A stretch of 63,827 bases of DNA, counting the filler, from Choristocarpus tenellus KU-1152 (taxonomy: Eukaryota; Protista; Phaeophyceae), in NCBI GenBank assembly GCA_964200185.2. It is 6 parts of 6 records of this genome, joined end to end, with 100 filler letters (N's around TTAATTAATTAA, not from the genome) between each part and the next. Parts side by side here need not be neighbours in the genome. Positions count along the whole stretch, not along the records: positions 60,798 to 63,827 come from CAXNAD020022819.1; 5 more parts are not named here. One strand, written 5' to 3'. The position numbers and the translations under genes were made by a program. Positions within the stretch are counted from its first letter, which is position 1. The number at the start of each line of letters is the position of its first letter. Of this stretch, positions 60,878 through 63,827 are shown one piece after another. The notes below the pieces were generated by a model. It ran no database searches. It saw nothing but the letters and a program-made list of their open reading frames with translations, and was not told the DNA's origin.

Positions 60878-62642
60878 TGACTCCCATGGGTGAGGGAGGG
60901 ATGCCTGAAAGAGGAACATGGAGTTTAATGTGGAAGGCGTTTTTGGCAGGTGTGGTCTCAGTGATGCGGAAGGTGGTGATGTGGACATAAACCAGAGAGT
61001 TCATGTGGTGGCATGAAGGAATGACTTTGACGTGCAGATATTGGGGGGCTGGGAATTGGAAGGGGAAGGAGAACATAAGACTTGAGGAAGGTGGTGGTGT
61101 TGTTGGTTGGCAACCACAGTGGTAGGAACAGCAGTGATGTGAGCAATCAGGAAAGTGGTGGAAGAGATTGTATCAGATAAGATCGCCACCATTTGTATGA
61201 GAGCATATATGACATTGTTGGGAGGGAGTGAATGCCCCTACTCCTCTCTCGTTCATGTTTGTTTTTGTTGCCACTTTGCTGTCCATGTGGGAGAGGAGTA
61301 TGTGAGAGGTATGGTGGTACTAGTGGATTGTACTTACCAGCAATGGTGGGACTGGAGGCTTGGATTGTTTTTCAACCCGTAGTCGATACCCCAAGGTGAT
61401 AATCCACATACTGGTGGACAATCCCCTCAGTAAAACTGTAAGGTGAGTTCAACCTACAAAGATAGCTATATGTTTTGTGTGTTTGGTACTGTATAGGGTT
61501 GTTGTGACTAATACGATATTGTTGTTTGTGCATTGAAGAGGGCATGAGGGATGAGGAGTAGGCTAAGGCATGATTTTGAACCTCTATACCCCAACAGCTG
61601 TCTTAGATGACTAGAACCTTTTGTGGTAGGTAGTAGTAATACCTTGTATTTGGTGCCATATATGTGTTGTGCTGTGTATAGAGCACAACTTGAAGGAGGT
61701 GCTCTCACCAGATCCTCGTCTTGCTGTTGATTCCCCACACAATGCATAGAAAAAGAGAATTCACTGTAGGTAGTTGTTGTCACCTAGTAATGACAACAAT
61801 AGCATGGCCATCGTGAAATATGTTCAAGTCTATCACACCCCTTCTCATCAGCCTAACTAAAAAAACAACATAAAATATGCATACACTACACCTTCACTGG
61901 TATATGAGCACAATCTTTCATCTATTTCCAGGAGAGCTGTCATAGCCTGGTGGTCTTGATATGCATCACATGGACCTCAACACAACTACCCTCTTGCACT
62001 ACCCAGTCCCACGAAGTATTTTCCAACTTGAAGAAGGCACATCATCTATATTTCATATAGCATGAACCCAAGGGCCCAGTCCACCTGATGGCGTATATGT
62101 ACAAAAATATGGCATTGATCCCGGTGACATAAGAAGGTACAGTCAGGTTTGTGTTATTTGTATTGGGGGATTGGGGGGTTTGGGGGTTTGGTGGGTTGAG
62201 GGGTTGAGGGGTGGAGGGTGGGGGGAACGAAGGTTGGATATGGGTGAAAGCAAGGGTTGTGGGAATATGTAGACTTGGAGTATGGTATAGGTAGGACATC
62301 AAGAATGAAACAGGGGTCAAAGGGGTGACAAACAAGCTTGGCAGAACAAACTGACAAAAGGTCAGCAAACATAAATTATGAAAGAACGAGGACCAGGGCA
62401 GCAAGGAGAGGTGGGATTGTATTTGGAGGGGTTGATTGTTATCTGACAATTTTCAAAATATCCAAAAAGTACCAATAATAAGAAATAGATATGTTTCTAT
62501 TGACATTCTATTACTATGTACAAGAGTATGAAGAGTACATATGAATCAAACACGTACACACACCAGGTAGTCCATACCTCAGGATAGAAAATGCGAGAGA
62601 ACTTTACTTGCACCATACAGCTCACAAGTTCTTGCATGGAAA

Positions 62643-62901
62643 GAGTGAAACTATCTTAGAGGGTACAAGTATTGCTCTGTTTGTCCTTTTGGGGCTTGGC
62701 TTCCCTCAGGTTTTTTTATGACATTTTCCTACTCCTATTTTTTTCGGAGTAGGTAAAATGTATGGGTTATGAAAAGGTGTGACCGGAACAAGGATGTTGA
62801 CACTTCCTAATAAGTACGATAGCCAAAATTCCATCAAAATCGCAACGTTGGATTTTGGCCCCCAAATGGACGCGACTGTACCCTCTAAGATACTTTGCCT
62901 C
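62643..62901 (-). mobile_element. Second full-length MITE copy, reverse orientation
   Basis: Begins gagtgaaactatcttagagggta and ends taccctctaagatactttgcctc. The interior is a diverged reverse complement of 34254-34511. Confidence 0.88.
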
Positions 62902-63235
62902 AAAACAACATACGAACTTCAACTCAGACACAATCCCTGTACCAGATATTAGCTGTGTAGCACAATCAAATCTTCTCAGAACTGGTGATAAACATGCACC
63001 CCACTACAACATTAGAAATTGTCCCAAGGGTCAACGAATGGGCTTGCCAACACATACTTCTACTTGGACAGGTGTGACAAGATGAAGAATCCACTAGAGC
63101 GGTTTGGCATTCCACAAGGAAAAGTGACGATGGTGGAGTAGGCTTAGCAGGCCTAAGTAATAGGGTACAAAACAAAGGATCCAAAAGTCTGACGGAAGTT
63201 TACTAGTCCTTCTGGCAGAGGACATAGAGACTCAC

Positions 63236-63339
63236 CAACGCAGCAGCTCCTGCAACAATGGGGGTCGACATGGAGGTGCCAACGTAATTTTTCATCTGGC
63301 AGCTGGGAGAATAAAGCCCATCAGCTGATGCAGAAAATA
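63236..63339 (-). CDS. Exon of a subtilisin-family (S8) serine peptidase with the catalytic Ser motif
   Basis: AAG acceptor to GTGAGT donor; translates FSASADGLYSPSCQMKNYVGTSMSTPIVAGAAAL (GTSMxTP..AG motif). Flanking exons not confidently found. Confidence 0.75.
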
Positions 63340-63827
63340 CTTGAGGATATCAACGAACAAGAGGCCAAACCACACCCAACCACACATGGCATATGTGACA
63401 ATACGTTTGGGGGAAGTTAGCGCAACAGAGTGAGGGTGCTCAATAGCATGGTATAGATGGGATTTTTAGAGTGATAAGTCCATCACAGATCAAAACCAGC
63501 ACAAACTCAAATATTTTGCTAGGTCAGCCTCTCTGAAGACGCAAACCACCCTCTTTCACATGCCCCCACAGTGGAACACACCTACGCATCCCCACACTTT
63601 TCAATCACACCTACACCACTCTCACCAGCCAAAGACACCTTCCTAGCGGGCTTATAGCCCATCTGAATAATTCCACTGCAGCCCAAATCCACCTTTTTTC
63701 ATCACACAACATTCCAGGCCAAACCTTTCACCCCACCCACCTCCCTCCACAGGTAAGGGCACCCCCCTCTCCTCTCCAACCCACCCTAACCTCTCCTCTA
63801 CCCCGGTCACCACCCCCACCACCAGCC

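Noticed and set aside
62046-62084. VDWALGFMLYEI resembling the apyrase ACR5 motif
   Set aside because: Only 12 residues with no other apyrase motifs nearby; may be chance.

Overview
Eukaryotic, intron-rich genomic DNA. It is not one locus: six contigs are joined by artificial 100-bp linkers (N44-TTAATTAATTAA-N44) at 11387, 19536, 25951, 53939 and 60698, so adjacency across linkers is meaningless. Most ORFs in the six-frame track are intronic noise. I rebuilt genes by hand from splice signals and frame continuity; exon borders are unverified by transcripts. Inferred source: a photosynthetic, flagellate-stage stramenopile (brown-alga-like), from ~0.3-1.5 kb introns, TTAGGG repeats, a signal-peptide-bearing YidD, plastid-type PGK, HA-repeat protein and TTLL9. 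Genes: partial helicase-associated (HA) repeat protein, 3' end of PGK, a partial protein with repeated (Y/F/V)(D/N)(I/L/V)(I/L/V) motifs, intronless YidD, COG4339-like HD protein, TTLL9-like tubulin glutamylase, RAMP4/SERP1, partial importin-5, two partial unknown genes and one subtilase exon. Mobile DNA: a ~260-bp MITE family (three copies) and a decayed Pif1/Helitron-like helicase. I found no convincing novel multi-gene system. The best leads are the MITE family, the helicase fossil, the two repeat proteins and the many AAG/GAG splice acceptors.
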